A stretch of DNA of 64,000 nucleotides from Acutalibacteraceae bacterium (GCA_045540715.1 JAZQHT010000014.1:55761-119760), one strand, 5' to 3'. Counted from the stretch's first letter, positions 46,680-55,974 are shown. Made by a program: numbers and translations. The notes: a model not told the origin generated them from the sequence alone.

Positions 46680-47240
46680 TTATTTTTCGTTTAATTTATC
46701 TTCATTAAATTTAACAACGTTTTCGCAAATAAAACGACCAATTGATGACGATGCCGCCGAACGCATTGTAAGACTTAAATATGCATTATAAAGTTGCTCA
46801 GTTGGTAGATCTATAAATTCTTCAGACTCTTTAGAAACTTTTAAAAGCACACCTTCAAAATTATCGCAAAAATTATTGTAAAGGTCGGGCAACTCGTTCG
46901 ATATCAATCCAATATTTATCATATCAGAAATTAATTTAATTGATAAGGTTTGTTTTAAAATGCAAATTACTATTAAATATGCTAAATGTTCTTTTGAATA
47001 TTTTTTGGCCTTGGGAGCTGGAATTATTTTTAATTTAACGTAGTTATTAATAATTGATGGGGTTATCAACTTACCGTCGCTTAATGGAACAAAAAGCGAA
47101 AGGTATTTTTCCATGACGTTTATTACCTGGTCCATATAAAGTTCAAAATCGGGTAATTCGTTATATCTTGGCAATTTAAACTCTGCCGTACTTTCTAAAA
47201 CGGTTTTAAACTGACTGTGTATAGTTTTACTGGCACTCAT
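46680..47240 (-). CDS. DUF1836-family protein
   Basis: 186 aa. LPDFELYMDQVINVMEKYL is a typical DUF1836 block. Confidence 0.6.
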   Translation of the reverse strand: MSASKTIHSQFKTVLESTAEFKLPRYNELPDFELYMDQVINVMEKYLSLFVPLSDGKLITPSIINNYVKLKIIPAPKAKKYSKEHLAYLIVICILKQTLSIKLISDMINIGLISNELPDLYNNFCDNFEGVLLKVSKESEEFIDLPTEQLYNAYLSLTMRSAASSSIGRFICENVVKFNEDKLNEK

Positions 47241-47296
47241 ATCTTAACACCTCGTTATTAAAACTATAACAAAAAATATGATTCTAGTCAAGTTTA

Positions 47297-48319
47297 TTAA
47301 TTACGCTTTTTGCTAACAAACCCCAATGTTAATATAAACAAAATTTCAAATAATAGCAAAAAGCCGCTAAAAAACACAGAATATAAAAAATCTGTAAGTC
47401 CGTATATAAAAGAAAGCAAAACCAATAACGTGCAAACGATAAGCACCAATAATTTGCCACTTTTATTAAACAGTTTTTCAAAGGTGTTTTTAATAACGTA
47501 TAAGGGGGTTGCAGTTTTTATAAGAGAGCAAATAAAATAATTTAAATATGAAAAGCCTTCTAGTCTTGAAAAAATTTTGCCCGAATTTATAACGCTCATA
47601 GCGCTCATATACGGTAATTCCAAACGGCTTGATAAATCAGGCCCAAAAATTAGCAAAACGTTTAACATACAAACCATTAAAACAAAAAGTCCAAGAAAAA
47701 GTGCCACAAGCCATATTGCAAAGGTTTTTCTTAGTTTGTTTTTTCTTATTACCAAAACCAAAGGTAATGCCGATAAAAAGCTTTGCGACAAAATAATAAG
47801 AGTGCTTTTTATTGTATCTGCCATTTTAAATTCTAATGGTAAAGACAGTTTAAAATCCAGTTGCGGTAACGAAATTATAAATAATATTGTTACGCTTAAA
47901 AAAACGTATATAAAGGCAAGTAAAGATATTTTAAAAAGCACCGAATCTTTTTGAATTGCTAAATAAAAACTAAGGGCAATAAAGATAATCGATATTACCA
48001 CCCTTAGAGTATAGGGCATTCTAAAAATATTTACGTAACTAATATAATCTGAAGAAGAAACTAAAGAAATTAAAAAACAGGTTATGGTAATTATTATAAA
48101 GCAAAGGGGTTTAAACTTTATATTTTCTAAGCCGGCCGCCTTTTTATTTAAAAGAGCAAATGCAAGATATATTATTACGCTTATTGCCGCTGCTATTAAT
48201 ACACCTAAAATGCCACTTTTAATATCGCTTTGTTTAGGAAAATAAATTAGGGTGTTGCCTATTATGAAAATGGCAATTAAAAAGCTTCCTTGCAAAGCAT
48301 AATGTTTTTTTACATCCAT
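47297..48319 (-). CDS. spore germinant receptor B subunit (GerAB-type permease)
   Basis: 340 aa, 10 TM. Last gene of the gerA-type operon. Confidence 0.7.
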   Translation of the reverse strand: MDVKKHYALQGSFLIAIFIIGNTLIYFPKQSDIKSGILGVLIAAAISVIIYLAFALLNKKAAGLENIKFKPLCFIIITITCFLISLVSSSDYISYVNIFRMPYTLRVVISIIFIALSFYLAIQKDSVLFKISLLAFIYVFLSVTILFIISLPQLDFKLSLPLEFKMADTIKSTLIILSQSFLSALPLVLVIRKNKLRKTFAIWLVALFLGLFVLMVCMLNVLLIFGPDLSSRLELPYMSAMSVINSGKIFSRLEGFSYLNYFICSLIKTATPLYVIKNTFEKLFNKSGKLLVLIVCTLLVLLSFIYGLTDFLYSVFFSGFLLLFEILFILTLGFVSKKRN

Positions 48320-49368
48320 TAGTTTTCTTCCTTTATTTTTAGGCCAAAGGTAATTTCGCTGTTAATATAAATTTCTTCAAAATTATCTTTAACCATATTA
48401 TAAATTTTGGTGTCTTGCTTTTTTAAATATTCCTTAACAAAAAACAAATCAAGACCCGATTGTTTTGATATATTAATTAGTTCTTTTGCCATATATTCAA
48501 GACTTTTTTTATAATCATTGGCTTTTATATAATTATTTCTGTTTTTTAAGGTTTGCTCTAAATTTAAAGCGATTTTCAATTTGCCGTTTTTATATTCGGT
48601 TTTTATTTTGGTGTTGCTTTTTTTAATTTCTAAAAGCTGTGTTTGACCATTAATTTTAAAATTTAATTGTCCGTTTTTAAAGCTATTTGATAATACCTCA
48701 AACATAGCCGCCTTTTCGTTTAAAAGGGTTATTTTTTCTTGATCGTCTAAATATAGTTTTAACCCCTTTAAAGAATAAACCTTTTCTTCTTTTTCCCCTT
48801 CTACTTCAAAAAAGGGTAAAGCATACAAAACAGGGATTGTGTCCCTTCGGCCTCCAACGTTTATGAAGCTGTTGTTATACCCTATGCTTAAATTCTTTTG
48901 ACGAGAATTTAAAGACGACATAATTTCGTATCCTAAAACGTCTTCATTTTTAGGCTTTACAGATAATAATTCCTTTGCATCTTTTGTGGAAATTATTTTT
49001 AAAATCAAGGTAAATTCGTTATTTAAAAAACAAAACTCAAATACGCTTCTAATATCTTCTTTATTTAAATTTTCGCCAAACGCAATTACTGCACAATGCG
49101 AATAAAACAAATTTTTAGAAACGCTGCCCGAGATTTGTGCTACGGCATCTTCAAAGTCTTGACCGCTTTTGGTTATTATTTGATTTTCTGCAGTTTTTTC
49201 TTCTGTTTTGGGCTTGACAATTTCCATAGTAACAACCACTTTACCGTCTTTGTAATCAACGCCAATTGCCGAAACAATAGCGATTGATTCGATTTCCATA
49301 TAATCGGTTTTGCCGCAAGAACAAAAGCAAAATATTATTGCTATAATAAATGCTAAAATCTTTTTCAT
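48319..49368 (-). CDS. spore germinant receptor C subunit (Ger(x)C lipoprotein)
   Basis: 349 aa. Lipobox FCFCSC. Start and stop overlap its neighbours. Confidence 0.75.
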   Translation of the reverse strand: MKKILAFIIAIIFCFCSCGKTDYMEIESIAIVSAIGVDYKDGKVVVTMEIVKPKTEEKTAENQIITKSGQDFEDAVAQISGSVSKNLFYSHCAVIAFGENLNKEDIRSVFEFCFLNNEFTLILKIISTKDAKELLSVKPKNEDVLGYEIMSSLNSRQKNLSIGYNNSFINVGGRRDTIPVLYALPFFEVEGEKEEKVYSLKGLKLYLDDQEKITLLNEKAAMFEVLSNSFKNGQLNFKINGQTQLLEIKKSNTKIKTEYKNGKLKIALNLEQTLKNRNNYIKANDYKKSLEYMAKELINISKQSGLDLFFVKEYLKKQDTKIYNMVKDNFEEIYINSEITFGLKIKEEN

Positions 49369-50846
49369 TTTTTATCTCTCATCCTAGTAACGTTATGGCT
49401 TAAATCTTTGCTTCGGGTTTTAAGCCACCAAAAAGGAGCACGAATATAATCGTCTTTTAAAGAAGTAAAACTGAATTCTGCAACACTTGCAGTATAATCA
49501 ACGCCAAATGAATTCATTTTGAAAATATTAATCAAGGTAAATACAACACCCGAAAATAAACCAAAAAAGCCCAAGGTACTTGCCATTATTATAAAAAGAA
49601 TTCTCAAATAAAAAACTGCACCTTTTAGTTTTGGAATCATAAGGCCGCATATACCCGAAAGTGCTACAACAATAAGCATTGGTGCTGATACAATTTTTGC
49701 ATCTACCGCCGCTTGACCAACAACAAGGCCTCCAACTATGCTTAACGCATGTCCTAAACTTTGGGGCATACGCACCCCCGCCTCTTTTAAAATTTCAAAA
49801 ATAAATACAAGCACTATGCACTCTAAAAATGACGGAAAAGGAACCCCTGCCCTTGCCGCCGAAATTGAAATCACAAAACTTGTTGGTAAAAGGGATGGAA
49901 AAAAGTTGGTTAAGCACAAATAAAGTGCAGGCACTAAAGTACTTATTGCAAAACAAATATATCTTAAACCGCGTCCAATATTAGCCACCAAAAAGTTTAA
50001 ATAATAATCTTCATCAGACTGAAAATTTTCTTGAAATAAATACGGCAAGGTAATTACTACGGGTGTGCCATCAACAATTAAAGCCACGCGGCCTTCAAGC
50101 AGTCTTGCCGCTACAATATCGGGTCTTTCGGTTGTGCCTGAAGATTTAAAAAGGCTATATCTATTATCTTTAATTAGCTCGTTAATATAGTTACTGTCTA
50201 ATACCCCGTCAATATCAATCTTTTTAAGTCTTCGTTTTAATGTATCTAATACGTCTTTTTTAACTAAAGAATCTAAATAGCATATAAAAACCTTAGTATC
50301 AGTTCTTCGTCCTAAATAGGTTATCTCACAGCGTAAATCAGGGGTGGGCAGTTTTCTTCTAAGCATTACGAAGTTAAGCATTGCCGTTTCATCAAAGCCT
50401 TCTCTTGGCCCTTGCAAAATGCGTTCGTCGTTGGGCTCGTTTATTCCCCTTGTTCTAAAACCTTTAGTGTTTACCACCAAACAATCGTCGTCTAAAAGTA
50501 TTACAGTATCGCCGTATAAAACACCACGTACCATATCTAAAACAAGGTTGGTCTTTTTAATTTCGCCGGCAAAAATAACACTTTTAATTAAATAATCGGA
50601 GGCTCGTTTGTTTTGTGGTTTTTCGCATAAAAGCAGAGGCCTTATAACACACTCGCCAAGCACCTCGTTGCTTATCATACTATCAGAAAAAAGCACCGCC
50701 GCATTAAAGCCGTTGCACTCGAGTTCTCTGTATCTTAAAACGTCATCGTTTAAAAACATCTCTTTAAAATATAAAAGTTTTTCTTGCACCGTTCCACTTA
50801 GGGTCTCCCCCTTTAAATTTGCAATATCATTAAGCATATCTTTCAC
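49365..50846 (-). CDS. spore germinant receptor A subunit (GerA family)
   Basis: 493 aa. Soluble N-terminal domain plus C-terminal TM bundle, typical of the GerA family. Confidence 0.8.
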   Translation of the reverse strand: MKDMLNDIANLKGETLSGTVQEKLLYFKEMFLNDDVLRYRELECNGFNAAVLFSDSMISNEVLGECVIRPLLLCEKPQNKRASDYLIKSVIFAGEIKKTNLVLDMVRGVLYGDTVILLDDDCLVVNTKGFRTRGINEPNDERILQGPREGFDETAMLNFVMLRRKLPTPDLRCEITYLGRRTDTKVFICYLDSLVKKDVLDTLKRRLKKIDIDGVLDSNYINELIKDNRYSLFKSSGTTERPDIVAARLLEGRVALIVDGTPVVITLPYLFQENFQSDEDYYLNFLVANIGRGLRYICFAISTLVPALYLCLTNFFPSLLPTSFVISISAARAGVPFPSFLECIVLVFIFEILKEAGVRMPQSLGHALSIVGGLVVGQAAVDAKIVSAPMLIVVALSGICGLMIPKLKGAVFYLRILFIIMASTLGFFGLFSGVVFTLINIFKMNSFGVDYTASVAEFSFTSLKDDYIRAPFWWLKTRSKDLSHNVTRMRDKK

Positions 50847-50884
50847 CTAAAACTATTGTGCGAGTTTTTTTACCCCTTATGCAA

Positions 50885-50922
50885 AACAAAAAAGCAAGTA
50901 GCGTGTGCTACTTGCTTTTTTG
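50885..50922 (-). terminator. intrinsic terminator ending T-box operon 1
   Basis: aagcaagtag-cgtgtg-ctacttgctt stem flanked by A- and T-runs. Confidence 0.8.
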
Positions 50923-50956
50923 TAATTGTTTTATGCTTTTTGTAAACTTTTTAAAG

Positions 50957-51769
50957 CTATTCTTTTATGCCAAAAAGTTTTTTGGCGTTTTCTCCTAAGA
51001 TTTTGCGGAAAGCTATTTCTGAAAGGTTTAAAGACATAAAGTAATCAATCTCTTCTTTTGGGTTCCACATTGGGTAATCAGTACCAAAAAGAACGCGGTC
51101 TTCACCATAAGCATTTATAAGTTCTAATGCCTTTTGCTTATCTTTAATAAAAGGAAAGCTTGAAGAACAGTCAACGTAAAAATTATTGTGCTTTGGTAAA
51201 ACCTTAATTGCTTCATCCCAAATTGAATAGCCGCCAAAGTGTGCGCCAATAACCTGCAAATCGGTATATGTTTCTAAAATAGGTATTAGGCGATTGGGGT
51301 TTGAATAATCGTAACGCTTATCGCCTGTGTGAAGCAAAAGAACAAGCCCCTCTTTTTCCATAAGCTCGTAAATTTTTAAGCATCTGTAATCGTCTAATTT
51401 AAAGGCCTGAATATCGGGATGAAGCTTAACGCCCTTAAGTCCTAGTTCTTTTAAATGAGCAATATCGCCTTTTATATCTTCGCTTTCAGGGTGAAGTGTG
51501 CCAAGTCCCAACATTTTACCGTTAGATTCTGCCACTTCACGGGCAATAAATTCGTTTATGCTTTTAACTTGTTTTGGGGTTGTTGCAACAGACTGCACTA
51601 TCATAAAATCTATGCCGGCTTTTTCGGCTTCGGTGTGCAAATCAGATACCGTTCCCTTGCAAGCAAACACCTGATTATAAAAGGTGCTTGTGCCCATAAC
51701 CGCCCTTTCGGCAATTTTTTCGGGGTAAATGTGGCAATGGGCATCTATAACAAAATAATCTTTAACCAT
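50957..51769 (-). CDS. amidohydrolase-2 (COG2159-type TIM-barrel metal-dependent hydrolase/decarboxylase) family protein
   Basis: 270 aa. VIDAHCHIYPEKIA HxH motif. Confidence 0.7.
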   Translation of the reverse strand: MVKDYFVIDAHCHIYPEKIAERAVMGTSTFYNQVFACKGTVSDLHTEAEKAGIDFMIVQSVATTPKQVKSINEFIAREVAESNGKMLGLGTLHPESEDIKGDIAHLKELGLKGVKLHPDIQAFKLDDYRCLKIYELMEKEGLVLLLHTGDKRYDYSNPNRLIPILETYTDLQVIGAHFGGYSIWDEAIKVLPKHNNFYVDCSSSFPFIKDKQKALELINAYGEDRVLFGTDYPMWNPKEEIDYFMSLNLSEIAFRKILGENAKKLFGIKE

Positions 51770-51771
51770 TT

Positions 51772-54267
51772 TTAATCCTTACAATATTTCTTTTGGGCGT
51801 CTTCACGCATTTTATATTTTAAAATTTTACCCGCCGCGTTCATAGGAAATGCATCAACAAAATCGATATATTTTGGCACCTTATGACGAGCCATATTAGC
51901 CGCAATATATTCCTTCATTTCTTGTTCGGTCATGGTTTCGCCTTTCTTTAAGATAACACAAGCGCAAATTTCTTCGCCATATTGCTTATCGGGTACGCCG
52001 ATAACCTGAACGTCGGAAACTTTATTGTTGGTATAAATAAATTCTTCAATTTCTTTGGGGTAAATATTTTCGCCACCGCGAATAATCATATCTTTTAAGC
52101 GGCCTGTAATTAGATATGTGCCGTCAGGTCTTCTGGCTGCTAGGTCGCCTGTATGAAGCCAACCGTCTTCATCTATTGCTTCGCTTGTGGCATCGGGCAT
52201 TTTATAATAACCCTTCATAATGTTATAACCACGTGCAACAAATTCGCCGTTTTCCATATCTTTACAGTCTTCGCCGGTTTCGGGGTTAATAACCTTGCAC
52301 TCAACGTTAGCAAAAGCAGAACCAACCGTTTCTGTTCTAACCTCTAAAGAATCTGTAAATGAACTCATTGTGCAACCGGGACTTGCTTCTGTTTGCCCAT
52401 AAACCGAAACAATTTGTTTCATATTCATAACTTCGGTGGCTTTTTTCATAAGTTCAGCCGGGCAGTTAGCACCTGCCATAATACCCGTTCTGATATAAGA
52501 AAAGTCGGTCTTTTCAAAATCAGGGTGTTGCATCATTGCAATAAACATTGTTGGAACACCGTTAAAGCAGGTAATATGCTCGTTATGAACGCAAGAAAGT
52601 GCAGGGCCCGGTGAAAAATACGGTAGTGGGTACATAGTAGCGCCGTGTGTCATAGATGCGGTCATAGAAAGCACCATACCAAAGCAGTGGAACATTGGAA
52701 CTTGAATCATCATCCTATCTGCCGTTGATAAATCCATATGGTCGCCAATATATTTACCGTTATTAACAACGTTATAATGTGTTAACATAACACCTTTAGG
52801 AAAACCGGTAGTACCTGAAGTGTATTGCATATTGCATACGTCGTTTGGTTTTACAAGGGCGGCTAAACGAAGCACCTCTTCACGAGGAACTTGATTCGAC
52901 ATATTAACAGCTTCATCCCAAGTCATACAACCCTTTTGTTTAAAGCCACAGGTAATAACGTTGCGTAAAAAGGGCAAACGTTTTGAGTGTAATTTTGCGG
53001 TGGGTTTTTTATTTTCAAGCTCGGGACAAAGTTCAGCAATGATTTTACCGTAATGGGTATCTTTTGAGCCCTCTGTCATAATTAGTGTGTGAGTATCTGA
53101 CTGACGAAGCAAATATTCGGCTTCGTGAATTTTATAGGCGGTATTAACAGTAACTAAAACCGCGCCAATTTTTGTTGTTGCCCAAAAAGCAATATACCAT
53201 TGTGGAACGTTTGAGGCCCAAACCGCAACGTGAGAACCAGGGCGAACACCCATTGCAATTAAAGCGCGGGCAAATTCGTCAACGTCGTCTCTAAATTCGC
53301 TGTAAGTACGGGTATAATCTAAGGTTGTGTATTTAAAACAGTATTGGTCGGGGAATTCTTCAACCATTTTATCTAATACACCCGAGAAGGTGTAATCAAT
53401 AAGCAAGTCTTTTTTCCAAATAAACTTACCTGTTCTATCGGTATTATAATAAAGTGTTTTTTCGGCAGCTTTTGTATCTGCAAACTGCTTCATATAGTTT
53501 AAAAATTGCGAATAGATAATCTCCATATCGTCAATTTCTGCACACCAGGTTGGGTCCCAAATTAATGAAATAAAGCCGTCGTAATTTACAGAACGCAAAG
53601 CGCTCATCATATCGGAAATAGGAATATTGCCTTCTCCTGCTAAACATCTTTCAATTTCGCCGTCCACCATTTTTGCATCGTAAAAATGAACGTGCTTAAC
53701 GTAAGCACCCAAATTTTTAATAACAATTTTTGGTTCTTCTTTGCCATATAAATAAGCAGTGGCAAAATTCCAAAGGGCTCCTAAATTGTCAGAAGCAAAG
53801 GTGCCTAATACCTCGCAAAGTTTTGCGGTTAAGCTATAAAGCCCTGCTGTTTCAATAAGTAGTGTAATATTTGTTTCTTCGGCAATTGGTAGTGCTTTTT
53901 CAATAAAGCTAATTACGTTTTTATTAGCGTTTTCAAAATCGCTACTATCTTCTGCACGCAAACGAATATAAGGAATTTTTAAGTTCTTTGCAATTTCAAT
54001 GCAAGAAGCTGTTTCTTCTAATGCAACATCTACGTTTTTTGCAATATCTGCAACCACGTCAATACAAGCAAGTGTTAATTTTTGTTCATATAGTTTTCTA
54101 ACGGTTTTAGCGGCGGTATAATCGTGAAAAGCCCCGTCTTTATCGGTAAAGAGGCGGTTTTTTATATTATGAAGTTCAATGCCGTCAAACTTTAAATCTT
54201 TAGCAATAGCACAAAATTCTTCAAAATTATTGTTGTGCCAACCCTTTGTCGAAAAGGAAAATTTCAT
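51772..54267 (-). CDS. fusion protein: xylose-isomerase-like TIM barrel (sugar phosphate isomerase/epimerase family) + AMP-forming acyl-CoA ligase
   Basis: 831 aa. The N-terminal roughly 270 aa (MKFSFSTKGWHNNNFEEF...GIELHN...) is AP_endonuc_2-like. The C-terminal part carries MQYTSGTTGFPKGV, WLHTGDLA and GRLKDMIIRGGENIYPKEIEE. Confidence 0.75.
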   Translation of the reverse strand: MKFSFSTKGWHNNNFEEFCAIAKDLKFDGIELHNIKNRLFTDKDGAFHDYTAAKTVRKLYEQKLTLACIDVVADIAKNVDVALEETASCIEIAKNLKIPYIRLRAEDSSDFENANKNVISFIEKALPIAEETNITLLIETAGLYSLTAKLCEVLGTFASDNLGALWNFATAYLYGKEEPKIVIKNLGAYVKHVHFYDAKMVDGEIERCLAGEGNIPISDMMSALRSVNYDGFISLIWDPTWCAEIDDMEIIYSQFLNYMKQFADTKAAEKTLYYNTDRTGKFIWKKDLLIDYTFSGVLDKMVEEFPDQYCFKYTTLDYTRTYSEFRDDVDEFARALIAMGVRPGSHVAVWASNVPQWYIAFWATTKIGAVLVTVNTAYKIHEAEYLLRQSDTHTLIMTEGSKDTHYGKIIAELCPELENKKPTAKLHSKRLPFLRNVITCGFKQKGCMTWDEAVNMSNQVPREEVLRLAALVKPNDVCNMQYTSGTTGFPKGVMLTHYNVVNNGKYIGDHMDLSTADRMMIQVPMFHCFGMVLSMTASMTHGATMYPLPYFSPGPALSCVHNEHITCFNGVPTMFIAMMQHPDFEKTDFSYIRTGIMAGANCPAELMKKATEVMNMKQIVSVYGQTEASPGCTMSSFTDSLEVRTETVGSAFANVECKVINPETGEDCKDMENGEFVARGYNIMKGYYKMPDATSEAIDEDGWLHTGDLAARRPDGTYLITGRLKDMIIRGGENIYPKEIEEFIYTNNKVSDVQVIGVPDKQYGEEICACVILKKGETMTEQEMKEYIAANMARHKVPKYIDFVDAFPMNAAGKILKYKMREDAQKKYCKD

Positions 54268-54270
54268 TTA

Positions 54271-55641
54271 TTACGCCTCCTCGTAAACAATCTTGTTAAC
54301 AGCGCTAATATATGCGCGAATACCTGCTCCTAAAATATCGGTTGAAATACCTTGACCGGAATATAATTTTCCGTCTTTGCGAAGCTTAATAATAGCAGAG
54401 CCCATTGCTCCTTTACCTTCTGTAACTGCTTGAATTTGAAAATCGTCAAGCTCGTAGTGTGTGCCCAAAATTTTGTCAATAGCTTTAAATGCGGCGTCAA
54501 TAGGACCGTCGCCAATTTCAACAGCCGAAATATCTTCACCGTTTTTATTTAAAGTAATTTGTGCAGAAGAAGAAATAATGTTACCGCTATTAATAATAAA
54601 GTTAACTAATTTATAAGTAGAAGGAACTTGAAGTGCAACAGAAGCGATAATGGCTTCTAATTCTTTTGAGCCAACCGTTTTCTTTTCTGCGGTGCGCTTA
54701 AATTCTTCATAAACTTTAGCGTTATCTTCTTCGGTTAAGTCATAACCTAAAAGCATAACTGCTTTTTTAACGGCGGCTTCATCGTCTTTTTCGTCCAAAC
54801 GAATAACGTTGTCTTCTTGTGATATATTGCTACCGTTTACTCCGCCTTTATTATCTGTAACCCAGTTAATTTGATTAATAATTCTGCTTAACTGTGTATA
54901 TTTAATGTTACTGCTATAACCATTACGGTTACCGCTGTTTTTAACCATTTCCGAGAAGGTATATAAATCGGGGGCTGAACCTTTAACACAGGTTTTAACG
55001 CTATCAGCACCACTCATTACTGCCATAATGCTTTTTGCAATAGAAAGGCCATTTTTATCTTCGCAATAAACACCAACAGAAATATTGGTTTCGGCTTTAA
55101 TTTCTTTAATAAACGCAGCAAATTCGTCGGGCATCATTTCTGCAAAATTGTCACAGATTGTTACGCTTGTAGCCCCCGCATTTTCTGCAGTTTTTATTGC
55201 ATTAATTAAAAAGGCTTTGTCGGCTCTTGTGGCATCCATTGCAAAAAATTCAACGTCTAAAACCTTTTCTTTTGCTGCGGCAATTACCTTTTCAATAACC
55301 GAAAGCATTTTATCAGGTTTTTTGTGGCAGGTATATTCCATACCAACAGTAGATACAGGAAGTGCCACCTTTATTCTTTTATTTTTTGCTGTTACTAGTG
55401 CTTCTGCCGCTTTTTCTACGGTATCAACACTTGTTGCAGTAACACTAATGGTAGTGTTTTTTACAAAAGAACAAATTGTTTTAATGCATAAAATATCAAT
55501 TCGATCATTTTCAATTTCGGGTAATTCTAATATATCAACATTAAGCATGCTCAGTTTTCTGGCAATCTCTAATCTTTCTTTAAAAGAAAATGCGTTTTCT
55601 TTAAAGGTTAGTGTTGCATCACATAGTTTAATGTTTTTCAT
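54271..55641 (-). CDS. LeuA (2-isopropylmalate/homocitrate synthase)-like protein with degenerate active site and an intact C-terminal LeuA regulatory domain
   Basis: CDATLTFKEN replaces DTTLRDGEQ, and VYCEDKNGL replaces HxHNDlG. The C-terminus GDGPIDAAFKAI...GKGAMGSAIIKL...GQGISTDILGAGIRAYISAVNK is LeuA_dimer-like. ATG 55641 follows SD AAGGAGAAA. Confidence 0.7.
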   Translation of the reverse strand: MKNIKLCDATLTFKENAFSFKERLEIARKLSMLNVDILELPEIENDRIDILCIKTICSFVKNTTISVTATSVDTVEKAAEALVTAKNKRIKVALPVSTVGMEYTCHKKPDKMLSVIEKVIAAAKEKVLDVEFFAMDATRADKAFLINAIKTAENAGATSVTICDNFAEMMPDEFAAFIKEIKAETNISVGVYCEDKNGLSIAKSIMAVMSGADSVKTCVKGSAPDLYTFSEMVKNSGNRNGYSSNIKYTQLSRIINQINWVTDNKGGVNGSNISQEDNVIRLDEKDDEAAVKKAVMLLGYDLTEEDNAKVYEEFKRTAEKKTVGSKELEAIIASVALQVPSTYKLVNFIINSGNIISSSAQITLNKNGEDISAVEIGDGPIDAAFKAIDKILGTHYELDDFQIQAVTEGKGAMGSAIIKLRKDGKLYSGQGISTDILGAGIRAYISAVNKIVYEEA

Positions 55642-55663
55642 AATTTTTCTCCTTAAAATAAAA

Positions 55664-55940
55664 TAAAAAAGCCCCTGAAACCACAAAATATGGTTTCAGG
55701 GACGAAAAATCTTTTCGCGGTACCACCCTGATTACCGTTAAAAATAACGGTCACTCTGCGGTGTTCTAACAAACACCCTGCCATGATAACGGGGCAAGCC
55801 GTAGCCACTTACTGTTATTTCAGCGACTCTGCTCCGGAACGAGACTTTCATTTAATTAGGTATTGGCTCACACCGGCCGCCAACTCTCTGAAACTCTAGC
55901 TTTAAACGAAATAATTCCTTCATTGCATTTATTAAATTAT
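55664..55940 (-). promoter_or_regulatory. T-box riboswitch leader 1 (hand-assigned specifier CUC = Leu)
   Basis: Minus strand elements: K-turn UGC-AAU-GA.../...GGA-GCA; AG bulge plus distal loop AGAGAGUUGGCGGCCGGUGUGAGCCAA; specifier loop GAAAGU-CUC-G next to helix GGAA/UUCC (CUC = 55841..55843); T-box AAUCAGGGUGGUACCGCG (55716..55733); terminator CCCCUGAAACCA...UGGUUUCAGGGG + U-run (55664..55702). Confidence 0.85.
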
Positions 55941-55945
55941 AAAAA

Positions 55946-55974
55946 ATTTTAACACCAAAAATTCCGTTTGTCAA
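55946..55974 (-). promoter_or_regulatory. sigma-A promoter of T-box operon 1
   Basis: Minus strand: TTGACA, 17 nt, TAAAAT. Confidence 0.7.

Noticed and set aside
55642-55686. N-terminal extension MWFQGLFYFILRRKI of the LeuA-like ORF
   Set aside because: The extension is encoded by the T-box terminator stem and U-tract. The ATG at 55641 has a proper SD (AAGGAGAAA).
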